The notes under the pieces were generated by a model that saw only the letters and a program-made list of their open reading frames with translations, had not been told where the DNA came from and searched no databases. The translations under genes were made by a program, and so were the position numbers. Shown piece after piece: positions 1 through 11,581 of a stretch of 64,000 nt of DNA (position 1 is its first letter; each line of letters starts with the position of its first letter). Origin of the DNA: Candidatus Bathyarchaeota archaeon (lineage in GTDB: Archaea > Thermoproteota > Bathyarchaeia > Bathyarchaeales > Bathycorpusculaceae); contig CAWABA010000006.1 in the NCBI GenBank assembly GCA_963780185.1, positions 64,001 through 128,000 on the forward strand, in the 5' to 3' direction.

Positions 1-2655
1 ACTTCAGCAGCAACCAATGGGTAATCAACCGCAAAGACGGCTCACAGCTTGACCTACGCCGCGTCTTCTACGACGGCTTCTTCAACTTTGACATGCCGTA
101 CACAAAAAACCCCGACGACACCATGGCATTTCTTATAGGACCCGACCTCAGACACAAAGAAGGGTACTATCCAGCCCGCGCCCGCTTCGGAAACCAAATT
201 CCCATCGAATATCTGTGGGCTGCGAAAGGGCGACTTGACAGCAACCAGGAGAAAGCCCAAGCAAGAATCATGGTGGAGCGGCGCATGTGGTGCGACTTCC
301 CCCATAACACTCGGAGAATCAGCGACGAAGACTTAACGCTTCTCGGAATGCAGATTTGCATGGCGCTGGAGCATGTTGAGCGGTCTCTAAACATACGGAA
401 CCGTCGATTAGGCAAGAAACCGATTCCCGTGCCGCAAATTCCCAAGTTCACGCTGGGCAAGGCAACGCTGAAGAGCAGTTGCAGCGAGTTTTTGGATTTA
501 GAATACTTCGCGAAACGCCAAGAACTCTACCAACATTACTCTTTGCTTCCAACCCAGCGTGTCGCGACGGGCAGGTCAGTGATTTTTGAATGCACAAGCG
601 CTGAAGAATTGGACCGCGACTTCATCGTCAGAGGCAAAGTAATCTATGAAAGCCTCGGGTTACCCAAATCCGAATGCCTCATCAACGCCTGCCGAATCAA
701 AGGCTCAGACGAATCAGGCTCAGGCGACTGGATGGTTGCCACGGAAATCAAGAAGAACGAGCAGGGACAGTTTGAGGAAATACAGAAGAAGTCTCCTTCG
801 CAGCTGGAAAAATCCGCGCTTGTAATTATCGACAAAGTTAACCTGCGCAAAATGGAAATAGCCATTAAAGTGCTCAGTTGGCCCAGCGGGAAAACCCGGC
901 AGTACCGAACGTGGCACAGCCTCCCAACCACCGACAAGACGAATGCGAAAGACGGCAAACAACAGGTTTTCGAGGCAGGACGAATCTACATTTTGGATGA
1001 GATGGCAGACGACATCATTTCTGAGCGGGCAAAAAAATGCTTAGACCACACCGACGACAACCAGCTGTACTGTTTGCTGGAAGGCTTCTTGGCAGGCACA
1101 AACAAACCCTCCGACCGCACCCCGCTGGCGAGGGATTCCGCGAAGCCTTTCTTGCGTTGGGCTAACGACAGAAGGTTGCCTCCTAAACCCGAGCAGAACC
1201 GTTTTATCGAGCGGGTTTTCAGCAAAGAGCAGGTTGTTATGCTTCAGGGTCCCCCTGGCACAGGCAAAACCGAAACTCTACAGTTGGCAGTGCTAACTCA
1301 CATTGCTGCTCACAAAGCCTCAGGTAACTGCCGCGTGTTAATGGTTGCACCCACCCACAAGGCAATCCACGAATTTGTCAACAAACTGGCGAAGACCTGG
1401 CAAAGCTACTGCGTGGAAGGCGGCAAAGATTTGGCTAACTTGAGGATTTACAGGGTCGTGAACAGCGAGTTTTCGTCTGGGAAAGCGGTTGACGGTATCA
1501 CATACGTGAACTACAATGAGGATGAAGAGGTTGTCACCGAACTCAAGGGTGCCCTCTCCAGCCAGGGCAGGCTGGTTCATGACGCTGGCGACGATTTTCC
1601 TCTGGTTTTGTGTGTCACGCCGCCGGGGTTGTATGGTCTTATGAAGAAGATCGGCGGTAAAGAGCCGTCTTGGGATGAAGGCTACTTTGACCTGCTTGTG
1701 GTCGACGAGGCAAGCATGATGAGGCTTCCAGAACTGATTCTTTCAGGCGCATTTGTCCACAAAACCGCCCAGATTTTGGTCGCGGGCGACCATCGGCAAC
1801 TGCCTCCGATTCAAGCGCACAACTGGGAAAAAGAGGATCGACGAACCATTGAGGAAATGGCTTCTTTTCTGTCAGCTATGGATTTTCTGCGTTTACTCCG
1901 CCAAGAAGACTTGGGCTTGGAACACATCAAATCAAAGCATAAAGCCGACATACCAACCGAGCGGCTCAGCGAAACCCACCGATGCCACCGAGTTGTTGCG
2001 CAGTTCCTGCGGGACTGGGTGTACAATAAGGACGGGATCGATTTTCGTTCAGACCAAACCCAGACTCTTCACGGCTCCGTCGCTTCAACTGACGGTTTGA
2101 GGGTGGTTTTGGAGCCTGAAAACGTTTTTGTGCTGGTCGTTCACGATGAAGAGGAAAGTTTTCAGTCAAACACGGTTGAGGCTCAAATCGTTAATGCGTT
2201 GGTTCGAGCCGTGAAACCCGAACTGTGTAGGCGTTGTTACTCCGCATAATGCTCAACGGGGCGTCGTCAAGAATCTGCTGGTTGGCGGCTACGAGAACCT
2301 GCGGGTTGACACGGTGGAGCGGTATCAAGGCGGCGAAGCAGACTTCATAATCATATCGTCAACGGTGAGCGACCCCGACTACGTGCGCATCGAAAGCGAC
2401 TTCCTACTTAACCTAAACCGCGTAAACGTCGCCATCTCCCGAATGAAACAGAAACTCGTCATCATCGCCAGCCGATCAATCTTCGAATTCATGCCGCAGG
2501 ACGCAAAAAACTACGACAAAGCGCTCCTGTGGAAGGGCATAGCGCAAACCGTCGGATTCACAGCCAACGGCAAACCCAAATGGCGGGGAACGTTGAGCGA
2601 GTTTTTGGGAAAATCAGCGCAAGAAGTTGAAATCCAAGTTTACACAGCCCAATAA
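1..2655 (+). CDS. Superfamily 1 (DNA2/NAM7/Upf1-like) helicase, 5'-truncated by the window, frameshift near 2225
   Basis: Walker A QGPPGTGKT, Walker B VVDEAS, GDHRQL, and C-terminal ERYQGGEAD and RVNVAISR in ORF 2314..2655. The frame is open from the window start. Confidence 0.85.
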
Positions 2656-2867
2656 CTTACAAAAAATATTGGAGTCTATTGTTTAGGTGTTCCTTAAAAG
2701 GGTCTGTTAACTCTTCGGCTCTTAAGAGTATTTGGGAAAGGTCTGTTAACCAGAGGCACTTTTAACAAGGCGAAAAACACCTGCAGATTTAGACTTGCCT
2801 TGTTGTTCAAAAGAAGAAAAAAACGAAAAACTTAAAACTGAATTGACTCAGATAAAACTGAGTAAAA

Positions 2868-3179
2868 ATGACAGTCTTAGGAAGAGACACAAGTTCGGAT
2901 GGCTTTGAGATTACTATTTATGATTATGGAGGGATGAAAGAGCCGAAGTCATTTCTGACCATGAGAATAACGAATTTCAAAATAACTGAGGACTGGACTA
3001 TCTATATTCCTAATTCACTTAACTATGAAGCAGTCGCAAAAGAAATTGTAGATGTATTAAAGTTTGAATTAAAGAAAACATTAAAAACTATCGGTAAAAA
3101 AACATCAGTCACCTCTGTTAATATAAACGGGCAAATATTTGAAGTTAAACGTCGTTCAGTAAATTTTGCGATACGATGA
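2868..3179 (+). CDS. Hypothetical protein (AT-rich island)
   Basis: 103-aa ORF whose stop overlaps the next start (ATGA). Confidence 0.55.
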   Translation: MTVLGRDTSSDGFEITIYDYGGMKEPKSFLTMRITNFKITEDWTIYIPNSLNYEAVAKEIVDVLKFELKKTLKTIGKKTSVTSVNINGQIFEVKRRSVNFAIR

Positions 3180-3851
3180 TGGTAAGCTTCATGGGGATTG
3201 TGGTAAAAAAATTTTCCTTTAATGTTTTGGACCTTCCCAGAGGTTCTAAGGGACATATCGGCGAGTTCATTGCACAATATCTCTTTGAAAGAAATATCGG
3301 CGAAATTACGAAGGATTTCAGGCTTATTAATATGACCAGCGGAGACGGTTTTTATCTGCAAGTGGGTTGTGTTAACTATGAATTTCGAATGTTTCAACAT
3401 TATAAAAGTGACCAAACCGAGCGAGCACAAACTCTTTTAGCTCAAATAATTAAGGAAAGATACAGGACGATTGTGGAACGGCTAGGCACAAATCCTTTTT
3501 CCGTTGAAGACTTCAAATTTTTAGAAGAAAGAGTTGTAGCGCATGGTAAACGAGTTGTAACCGGTGATGGCGAAATTTTTAATGTTCCCTATGATGATGG
3601 AACTCCGAATAGGAGAGGTCCTCCTGCTTTTGACTACTGCGGTGTTGAAGTAAAGACGGGGCAAAAGGTGTTGGTTGATGTAAAAAACAGAATGGCACGA
3701 CAAGCTGCCAGAGGGAGAACTAGAATTTACATCTTCACCGAATGAACTACAGATAACTAAAGACGCTCAGAAGTTAGGCTTTAAGGTTTACCACATTCAA
3801 ATACTTCTTTCCACAACATGGCAGGTTGCCGTTAACATTATACAACTATAG
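3176..3851 (+). CDS. Putative PD-(D/E)XK nuclease-family protein, frameshifted near 3700-3730
   Basis: AFDY...VLVDVK motif. A second frame continues SPNELQITKDAQKLGFKVYHIQI to TAG at 3851. Confidence 0.55.
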
Positions 3852-4165
3852 GGTCTTTGAGCCCGCGCTATTTGCATAGACCTTGAGTTAGCATTCATGT
3901 GAGTTTCTTCTTAAAAGATTTGGGTAAGATTGCTGTTACAACCCTTTTTTGTTTTTATTATCCTATTTTATTCTAACACTCTGTTTTAATTCGCATTTCG
4001 TATTCTTATTCTGTTATTATGCCTTTCTCAATGAGCAAAGTCAACTAAGCAACAAACCTGTTATTGTAATTGTTTTTGCTGATGGGGGGAGAGAGTATGA
4101 GTGAGTGTAAGATTGAAAGTAGTAGTCGTTAGTAGGTAGTTCGTAGTCGTGTTTTGGGTTTGGGG

Positions 4166-4186
4166 ATTTGGATCATCTAGAAAACC
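4166..4186. repeat. 21-bp dispersed repeat ATTTGGATCATCTAGAAAACC, copy 1
   Basis: Identical to 20553..20573. Confidence 0.85.
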
Positions 4187-4306
4187 TCTACGGGTAGTTG
4201 GACGAAAAAAGAAAATTTAGATCTATTATTGTTGATGAAGGAGTATTTTCTTCTTTTCTGAAATCTTAATGTCTATTGAAACAAAAGAAAGAAAGATTGG
4301 AAGGGT

Positions 4307-6362
4307 TTAGTTTAGGTTTACTTCTGCGATTTGCGTCAGGTCGCTTAGGTTGGTCAGTTTGACTTCGCTGTTTGCGATCGTGTACAGTGTGTTGCCGATG
4401 TAGAGTGCGCGTGTTATTGGTCATTTTGGTTGTCGTATGTAGTAGAAGCCTGAGTTTTCGTTTATGAATCCGTCGTTGCCAAGCATCGTCGCGTTGAGGT
4501 TCGTCACTGTGCCTCTAAGTGTGAATCCGCTTGTGGAGTCAACTTTGAAGACGTATGCTCCCTGCCACATTTCTGAGTTCATAATGATTGCTGGCGGGCT
4601 AACCACAGGCGTAGATCCTGTGAAGACCTACTTTGGCGGGCACTGGAACTGTGGAGTTGTTGGATTCTGTGTAGGTTTGTATCATAGTTTTTATTGAAAC
4701 GGGGATGACTAAGAGCTGCTTCTCCAGGCTGAAGAGGAACGCGTGTGGGTCGTTTTGGGCGGTTGACGAGGTGTAGTTGCCTGCGACGACGTAGTTTGCT
4801 ACTTCCGTTGGGTTGTTTATGTTTGAGACGTCGAAGAGCGAGAGCTTAAGGTTGATGTTTTCGTTTCCGTTGACGATAGTGGTTTGCGACCCTACTCCGA
4901 TAACGTGGTTTGCGTCATACGGGTAAAGGTAGCTTGAGTAACCTGGGATTTTCAGTTCGCCAGCAACTCTGGGTGCCTGCGGGTTGCTGAGGTCAATTAC
5001 GAAGAACGGGTCAGTTTGATGGAACGTTACAAGGTAGCATGTGTCGCCTATGAAGCGGGCGGCATAGATGTTTTCTCCTGGCGCCATGTTTTCCAGTTTG
5101 CCGACAATGGTCATATTCATGTTGAGCACGTAAAGGTTGTTTTGCTGGTTTTGATTGAACGAATGAACCCGAGCTTGTGGTGGTTGCCACTCTAAAGTAG
5201 CCGTTGTATTCATCCATGGAGTATTGGTTGATGATGTAGCCTGGCACTGAACCTTTGGCTTGGAAGGTTAGGTTTTGCCCGCTGATTCCTACTCGGTAGA
5301 TTGCTGTGTCTTGGCCGTTTCGGGGCAGGTTATGTACATGTTGTTTTGCGAAACGTACATGTTGCTTGTGCCGCCCATCATGATAGTCATGTTTGAAGGC
5401 GCCTGAGAAGCGTCTGACAGGTTCAGGCCGACAAAGGTGGTGTAGGTGAAGTAGGTGTTGTTTAGGTCAGTGTAGTAGATGCTTGGAGGCATAATGGTGG
5501 AGGATATAGCGTTGTTGTAGACGGTTGGCAAAACAACGTGTGCCGTTGTATAGGTTTGCGGGTTGGCTGATAACAACGTAAACTTCGTTGCCTATCATTC
5601 TGGAGTCAAAGTAGCTGCCGCTCATCGTATAATTGTATGCCAGAATTGGCGATGCCTTGTTCGTCACATCAAAAATGTAGACAAAGCTTGAAACCCCATA
5701 ATTAGCGTACCCAGGGTAATAGGGCAGTTTGAACCACCCGCAATCATAACCATCGGGTAAACAATCATGTTGGCGTAGTTGCTTCCCACAACCACCAAGG
5801 TATTGCCGTTTTGGCTCAGGTACATGCCAGCCAAACTGGTGTTGTTGCCCAAAGCAATCTTTGAAACCACCGCTGGGTCCTGCGGATTAGCGTTTACAAT
5901 GTAAACGTTATTTTGGGATTGCGCAGCCCAATCCTGATTTATCGTGTAGAGGTATTGCCCGTCAGTTTTAACTGTGTCAGCTTCATCTACCCCTGCAACT
6001 TGAACGTTGGTTGTCGAGTAACTGATATTGGTTTCCGCTGGAAGTCCCCGTGGTTGACGCGGCTGCTGGCGCAAGCGCATTTGTCGGGCTTGCACGTTTC
6101 GTACTGTGTAGTATTGGGAATCTAAGGGTCCGCCTGTGAAGTTGCTGGCGGCGTTGGCGTTAGCTGCAAGGAAATTTTTCATTTCAGTGATGGAGCTGAA
6201 GACTTTCAGGGGCGAAACATTTGCGGTTGAAACGAGCACTGTTGTTGGGTTGCTAATGGTGTAGATTGCCGAAACCAGTACGATGGCTGAGAGTATTGCG
6301 ATTAATGCGTAGATTCTTGTTTTCTTCTTTATTTCTTTTTGAACCATACTTTTTATCTCCAT
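4307..6362 (-). CDS. Membrane-anchored beta-propeller domain protein (Beta_propel family), multiple frameshifts
   Basis: N-terminal TM helix, YSTTNVQVAGVDEADTVKTDG, NQYSMDEYNGYFRVATT, GENIYAARF...TDPFFVIDLS, GELKIPGYSSYL, spread over ORFs 5664..6362, 5467, 5289, 5011, 4599 and 4421. Confidence 0.85.
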
Positions 6363-6421
6363 TATAGGTATATTGGCGCTTGTTATTTGATGCTAAGCAC
6401 GCGAACAGCCTGTTCTAAATG

Positions 6422-6865
6422 TTAGAATGGGCGCATGTTCCATACTCGATAAGCCTCATACCAGAAGATGGTGCAGACGATTGCTCCGAACGAAAGTATG
6501 AACAGGTTGTTGCGGGTGAAACCGTCGAACAGAACCGCGACGTAGAGAGCGAGAAACACGGTTGAGAACAGGGCGTAGAAGAAGTATCTTGGGAAAAGCA
6601 GCCTGCCCAACTTGACAAAGTGGCGAACCACGCCGATTTTTACTTCACCAACCAGCAGGTAGCGACCGCTAACCTCCTCTTTCTGCACCAAACCCAACTC
6701 ACGCAGCTGCTCCAAATGATGAAACGCGATGCTGGGACTGCTAAAATGAAGGGCACGCTGAACTTCGCGGACGCCTGCCGGCGCTGCCGTTTTTAAGCAA
6801 AAACCAGTAAACTTGCCATGCTTTGCCTCGTAACGAGTACTCAAGCTCGGTTCCATCGCTTCCAT
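6422..6865 (-). CDS. ArsR-like winged-HTH regulator with C-terminal transmembrane helices
   Basis: GVREVQRALHFSSPSIAFHHLEQLRELGLV followed by two hydrophobic helices. Confidence 0.75.
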   Translation of the reverse strand: MEAMEPSLSTRYEAKHGKFTGFCLKTAAPAGVREVQRALHFSSPSIAFHHLEQLRELGLVQKEEVSGRYLLVGEVKIGVVRHFVKLGRLLFPRYFFYALFSTVFLALYVAVLFDGFTRNNLFILSFGAIVCTIFWYEAYRVWNMRPF

Positions 6866-7037
6866 TCAATCAGCTGAACCTCAACGGGAACATACAGGGA
6901 GTGGCATATAAGTCCAAGCATTAGAACAGAACAGCAACGACTCTTTTTGAAAGAGGAGCAAGTGAATTAAAGTTTAGAACACTCCTTTGTTCTTGCCAGC
7001 CGAATTTCCTGCTCCAAGCAGGCTTAAATTTTCTGTT

Positions 7038-7598
7038 TTAGGCAATTAAGGCTGGGAGAAGTTCATCTGGAATAAAGCTGTCGTTCGAGCTTCCCTCGTA
7101 AAAGTACAGTTGGCGGTAAGAAACGTCCCAAGGTTGGCCTCTCTGCGCATCCACTACTCTAAATACGCCTTGGCTTGTTTGCAGTGAAAGCGAAATAATG
7201 AATCTTGTGCTGTTGACTATTGTGAAGTGGGCCTCGACATTTTTTTCTTGGTGCCCGCCGAGAGTAAACGCAAATTTAGCTGCTGAATTGCCGACCTGCT
7301 GATAGGGCATCGGGGTATCCGTCGAGAAGGAAGCACCGTTGAAAGTGACGGTGATTTCGAAGGTTGCGGGCATGAAGCCGCTGTTTTTGCAGCCGATGGG
7401 GATAAAACAGCCATTTACTGACGCATTGGTCGCGTAGTTGATGGTTACCCAGTTACCGGCGACCTTTTGATATTTGTAGTTTGTATCAATCCAGAAATCT
7501 ACATCCGGCATTATGAATAACCAAAAAATGGAGCTTCCCGCCACGGTGGCAATCAAGATGATGGCTGCCGCCAATAAAGCCGCCCGCCTCTTTTTCAT
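7038..7598 (-). CDS. Hypothetical membrane-anchored or secreted protein
   Basis: MKKRR plus hydrophobic N-terminus, beta-rich remainder. Confidence 0.65.
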   Translation of the reverse strand: MKKRRAALLAAAIILIATVAGSSIFWLFIMPDVDFWIDTNYKYQKVAGNWVTINYATNASVNGCFIPIGCKNSGFMPATFEITVTFNGASFSTDTPMPYQQVGNSAAKFAFTLGGHQEKNVEAHFTIVNSTRFIISLSLQTSQGVFRVVDAQRGQPWDVSYRQLYFYEGSSNDSFIPDELLPALIA

Positions 7599-8008
7599 GC
7601 CTTTTCCTCAACGTTTCCCCTATGGGGTTCGCTGTTCACTTAAATCTAATGTTTAGAACAACTGATGCACCAAACCCGTCCGTGCAAAACATCTTTGCCC
7701 AAAGCCAACCCATTTGAAGCAAGGTTTTGTCTTTTCAGGTTTAATGTCCCGCTGTGCTGTATAGGACGCGGTTGCCGCATTTCTGGCATTCATAATAGAT
7801 TATTATTTTTTGGCTGTTGCGTACAGGCTTCATTTTCTCGTAACAATCTGGGCAAAGAATTTTTCGGTTGGCAGGCTTAGGGTTCATAAAATCTAACCTG
7901 TTCGCAGTCGATATAACTTTTACCTAAAAAAGCCTTTTTTTTATCTAAAACAAACAAAGAAAAAAGATAGAATGGGGGGAGGAGGGAAGAACCGCTTTGT
8001 TGCGTTCT

Positions 8009-8662
8009 TTAAGTTTGGGTTTTGTTGGCTGTTTGGCCCGTGGGCATTCCTGGGGGTAGGTCTGGGAAGTTTTGGCTGACTCTTTGTTCTGCGACGGTTG
8101 CTGCTTCAGATAGGATTTTTGCTGCGTCTTCGTTTACGTTCTCGAAGTTCAGTGACATTCCGCTGCTTGTTCCTGCTTCAAACATTAAGCCGCTTAGCAT
8201 GTCGCCGATGCTGCCGAGTTCGCCTTCTGCTTCAGGCAAAACACCGCCAAGTCCAGTGCTGACACTGCGCAATACGCCTATGCATGGCCCCAAAGTTGCG
8301 ACGACGTCGCCCAGTTCCGAGACAGTTTTTATGCGTAGCGAAATTTGGTCGAGTGCAAGCCTTGCGTTCATGATGATTTTTCCCATCTTGCGTATTTCAG
8401 CCAATTCGGTTGCGTAGATGTTGGCGTGGGGTGTGTCGTGGTGTGTGTATGCATCGACTAGTTTGGCGAATAATGCTCTGTCTTTCTGTGTGAAGCGGTC
8501 GTTTGCTTGGTCAAGCTTGGCGATTTGCATGTCTAATTTTCTAACAGCCATGTCCAATGCGGGTTTCAGCGGCGGGGGTGGTGTAATTGTGTTTTTTATG
8601 GTTGTGCCGAATGATTCTCCTTCTTTTTTCTGTTCCCATTTCTTAGCGAAATTTTCAGACAT
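8009..8662 (-). CDS. Snf7 / ESCRT-III (CdvB-like paralog)
   Basis: Helical core IYATELAEIRKMGK...LDQISLRIKT, AAKILSEAA and a Pro-rich C-terminus FPDLPPGMP. Confidence 0.8.
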   Translation of the reverse strand: MSENFAKKWEQKKEGESFGTTIKNTITPPPPLKPALDMAVRKLDMQIAKLDQANDRFTQKDRALFAKLVDAYTHHDTPHANIYATELAEIRKMGKIIMNARLALDQISLRIKTVSELGDVVATLGPCIGVLRSVSTGLGGVLPEAEGELGSIGDMLSGLMFEAGTSSGMSLNFENVNEDAAKILSEAATVAEQRVSQNFPDLPPGMPTGQTANKTQT

Positions 8663-8940
8663 GTTAACATCCTTCGTTGTGTTTCATGCAGCGGAAGCCG
8701 CTTTTAATTGTTTTTAACATGCGCATATATATGTAGAAAGAAAAAACGGTTTTTTTGGCGAATTTCTAAACTGCGCCTCGCTAAAGTAGAGTAATTTGCA
8801 ACTTTTAGGCAGACAGCTTTGCATCTTGCAGGTTTTTTGCTATCCTTAAGATTGGTTTTGCGGTAATTACTTTGGGAAATCGGGTTTGGGAAACATTAAA
8901 ATGATATATGGCGTCCTATCTTAGCATGCGTTAGCTTACG

Positions 8941-10246
8941 GTGAACTGCTTGAGTGACAATTACGCACCTTTAGTCGGGGACAATTACGCTCCTGAAAAA
9001 ATCCGTGTAATCATACCTGTCGGCGGAAAAGCAACGAGGCTGCTGCCGTTGACGGCTGAAACAAGCAAAGCCTGCCTGCGTTTGCTTAACAGGCCGCTGG
9101 TTGAGTTTTCGCTTCTGTCGCTGGCAAACCAGGGCATACGCAACTTTATCTTCGGCGTGAAAGGCTACACGAACTACCGCGACCTCTACGACTACTTCGA
9201 GTCAGGCTACGGATTCAGCGCACGCTACAACATCAAACCGCGAATCCACATTAAATATCAGCCTAACGTGGACGATTTAGGAAGCGCAGACTCCGCCAGA
9301 ATAAACATGGATTACTATGAGCTCAGCAACCCCGTTTTTGCAGTTCAGGGCGACAACATCTTCGACGTTAACCTGAAAAGTCTCATTGACTTCCACAGGG
9401 AAAAATGCTCCACCCTAACCATCGTCCTGCGCGAGGTCGACAACGTCGAAGGCTTGGGCATAGCTGACATTGACAAGACACGGCCGCATTTGCCGCTTCG
9501 TCGAAAAACCCAAACCGAAAGACGCACCCAGCAACCTAGCCAACACGGGACTGTACGTGCTTTCGCCCGAAGTGAAGAAGATCTTCAAGGAGAAGGGCAT
9601 CCAACAAATCGTCAAGGAGAAAAACCGTTTAGACTTCGGTTATGACTTCATTCCCTACGTTATCGAGACCGGACGCCCAGTTTACGGCTACACGCTGAAA
9701 GGCAACTGGTTCGACGTGGGCACACCCAAAAGCTACTTGGACGCCATGAAGAAGCTGCTGTACGGCGGCTTCCCCGCCATAAGCGATTTCGGAGGACGCT
9801 TAGATGACGGAAGCCTCGTATGGGTACAGGGCGAAAGCGGCGACTCAACAAAGCGCAGGCAAGAAATCATCCAGAAGATCAAGCAGAAGAAAATCACCCT
9901 TGAAGGCGCGGTCTTGATCGGCAGGCACTGCGAAATCGACGACGGCGCAAGAATCGTTGATAGCTGCATCGACAACTTCACCAGAATAGGCAAGAACGCT
10001 TTGGTGGTTAACTCATCCATTATGGACAGGGTAATCGTGGGCGAACACGCTGAAGTCTACGACAGCATCGTGGGAAGGCACGTAGTTATCCACTCGAGCC
10101 AGCGTTGCCAAACCAAAATCTCAGGCGTCTCCGTCATAGCCGACGACGTCACGCTGGAAGAAGGCTGCAGCATCGTAGCCTCAAAAATCTACCCACACCA
10201 AACAATAAGGGGCGAATTCCAGAACCAAACAATAATAGCGAATTAA
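8941..10246 (+). CDS. NDP-sugar pyrophosphorylase (mannose-1-phosphate guanylyltransferase-like), frameshift near 9480
   Basis: VGGKATRLLPLT, FVEKP, WFDVGTP and C-terminal hexapeptide repeats. Confidence 0.85.
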
Positions 10247-10333
10247 TCTCCCTGCCCTAACTTTCTTCTCAACGGTGCACACTGATAGGTAATCTTATTA
10301 GGTGATCCGAACAGTGTGTTATTGGTAACCTTT

Positions 10334-10576
10334 ATGAGTGAACAAGTCAAGGTGCTCCAAAAGGGCAAAATTACAATCCCCGCGAACGTCAGGCAAAAAC
10401 TCGCCATAAAGGAAGGCGACTGTTTGAAATTGGAAATAATAAATAACAGGCTGGTCATATTGCCCCCGAACACTGTTCCTAACCCAACCGAAGCACTCAG
10501 GAGTTTAGGCAAAGGAACGAAAAAACAGGGGTCATATAAAGCAACAATTGTTAGCGGCCTCAGCGGCAGGTATTGA
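10334..10576 (+). CDS. AbrB/MazE/SpoVT-family antitoxin (VapB)
   Basis: KGKITIPANVRQKLAIKEGD signature, directly upstream of a PIN gene. Confidence 0.85.
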   Translation: MSEQVKVLQKGKITIPANVRQKLAIKEGDCLKLEIINNRLVILPPNTVPNPTEALRSLGKGTKKQGSYKATIVSGLSGRY

Positions 10577-10601
10577 GGAAAAGCTATCGAGGGCCAAGTA
10601 G

Positions 10602-11000
10602 ATGCGGTTCGTGGACGCAAACGTCTTCATTTATCAGTTTATTCAATCGCCTAAAGTCGATTTCGAAATTTCTGGAAAGATTCTTGACAGAATTGAAGGC
10701 GGAGAACCCACAGTTACGAGCCTGCCAGTTATTCAGGAAGTTGTCAAATGGTTAGAATACAATCAAAGACGAAAAGAAGTAAGAGCGTTCCTTGTGGTCA
10801 TCAACTCATACTTTTCAATGACGAAAATTGCCATGTCTTGGAACGATGTCATTTCATCCTCGGAAAGCATTGACAGAAGCCAAATTGGGTTCGTTGATTC
10901 TACGACTCTACAAGTGATGAAGCAACATAAGATTAGTGAAATTTACTCCAATGACAAAGATTTTGACAGAGTGGATTGGGTTAAGCGGATTTGGAAGTAA
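10602..11000 (+). CDS. vapC: PIN-domain VapC toxin
   Basis: FVDANVFI, QE, FVDS and IYSNDKDFD acidic PIN motifs. Confidence 0.85.
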   Translation: MRFVDANVFIYQFIQSPKVDFEISGKILDRIEGGEPTVTSLPVIQEVVKWLEYNQRRKEVRAFLVVINSYFSMTKIAMSWNDVISSSESIDRSQIGFVDSTTLQVMKQHKISEIYSNDKDFDRVDWVKRIWK

Positions 11001-11012
11001 ATTCGCAGAAGT

Positions 11013-11567
11013 TTAGGCTTTGAACCATTTGAAAATCAGGTACTGCACTTTTTCCGCGGCTAAATCGGGAACTGCGATTATGAAGCGTTTTCGCACGGTT
11101 GTGGCTAATCGTCCTGCTTTGACGATTTCAGTGGCTGACATGTCTGAGCCTGCCCTCTTGACAGAAACCATGTAGGGAGCATGTTCAACGCCTGGACCAT
11201 ACTTGTAGACGGCGAAGTCGCAGCCGAATTTGATACCTGGCGTAACAATTAAGCCGCTGCTGCGAAGGTCACGGTAAACCGCGTATTTCTCCTCAAACTC
11301 ATCGTATAACTGCTTAACTTTCTGCTTCAATTTCTTGGGGCCGACGCTTTCCTGCTCTGCTCCTTCGTAGATGGCTATTTTCTTGTTTTCTAAAAGATAG
11401 AGGCCTTCCATCAAATCCAGAATGAGCGGTGCGTCGAACTCGGGGATTTTCGGTTTAGGGATGCCGAGGGGTTTGCCGAAGTATCCTGCTTTGTAGAGTT
11501 GGGCGCCTTCTTTTGAATCCCATACAACTAAGAAGTTTTCGATGAGTTCAACTTTTATTTTAGGCAT
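11013..11567 (-). CDS. endA: tRNA-intron endonuclease
   Basis: LDLMEGLYL, VYRDLR, GIKFGCDFAVY, HAPY, GRLATTVRK. Confidence 0.9.
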   Translation of the reverse strand: MPKIKVELIENFLVVWDSKEGAQLYKAGYFGKPLGIPKPKIPEFDAPLILDLMEGLYLLENKKIAIYEGAEQESVGPKKLKQKVKQLYDEFEEKYAVYRDLRSSGLIVTPGIKFGCDFAVYKYGPGVEHAPYMVSVKRAGSDMSATEIVKAGRLATTVRKRFIIAVPDLAAEKVQYLIFKWFKA

Positions 11568-11581
11568 CGCATTCGGCTCTT

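Noticed and set aside
2701-2750. GGTCTGTTAAC direct repeat (2701 and 2740) as IS ends
   Set aside because: Short, in direct orientation, with no transposase or matching inverted end found.
4115-4150. GTAGTAGTCGTTAGTAGGTAG low-complexity run
   Set aside because: Short imperfect microsatellite with no regular unit or second copy.
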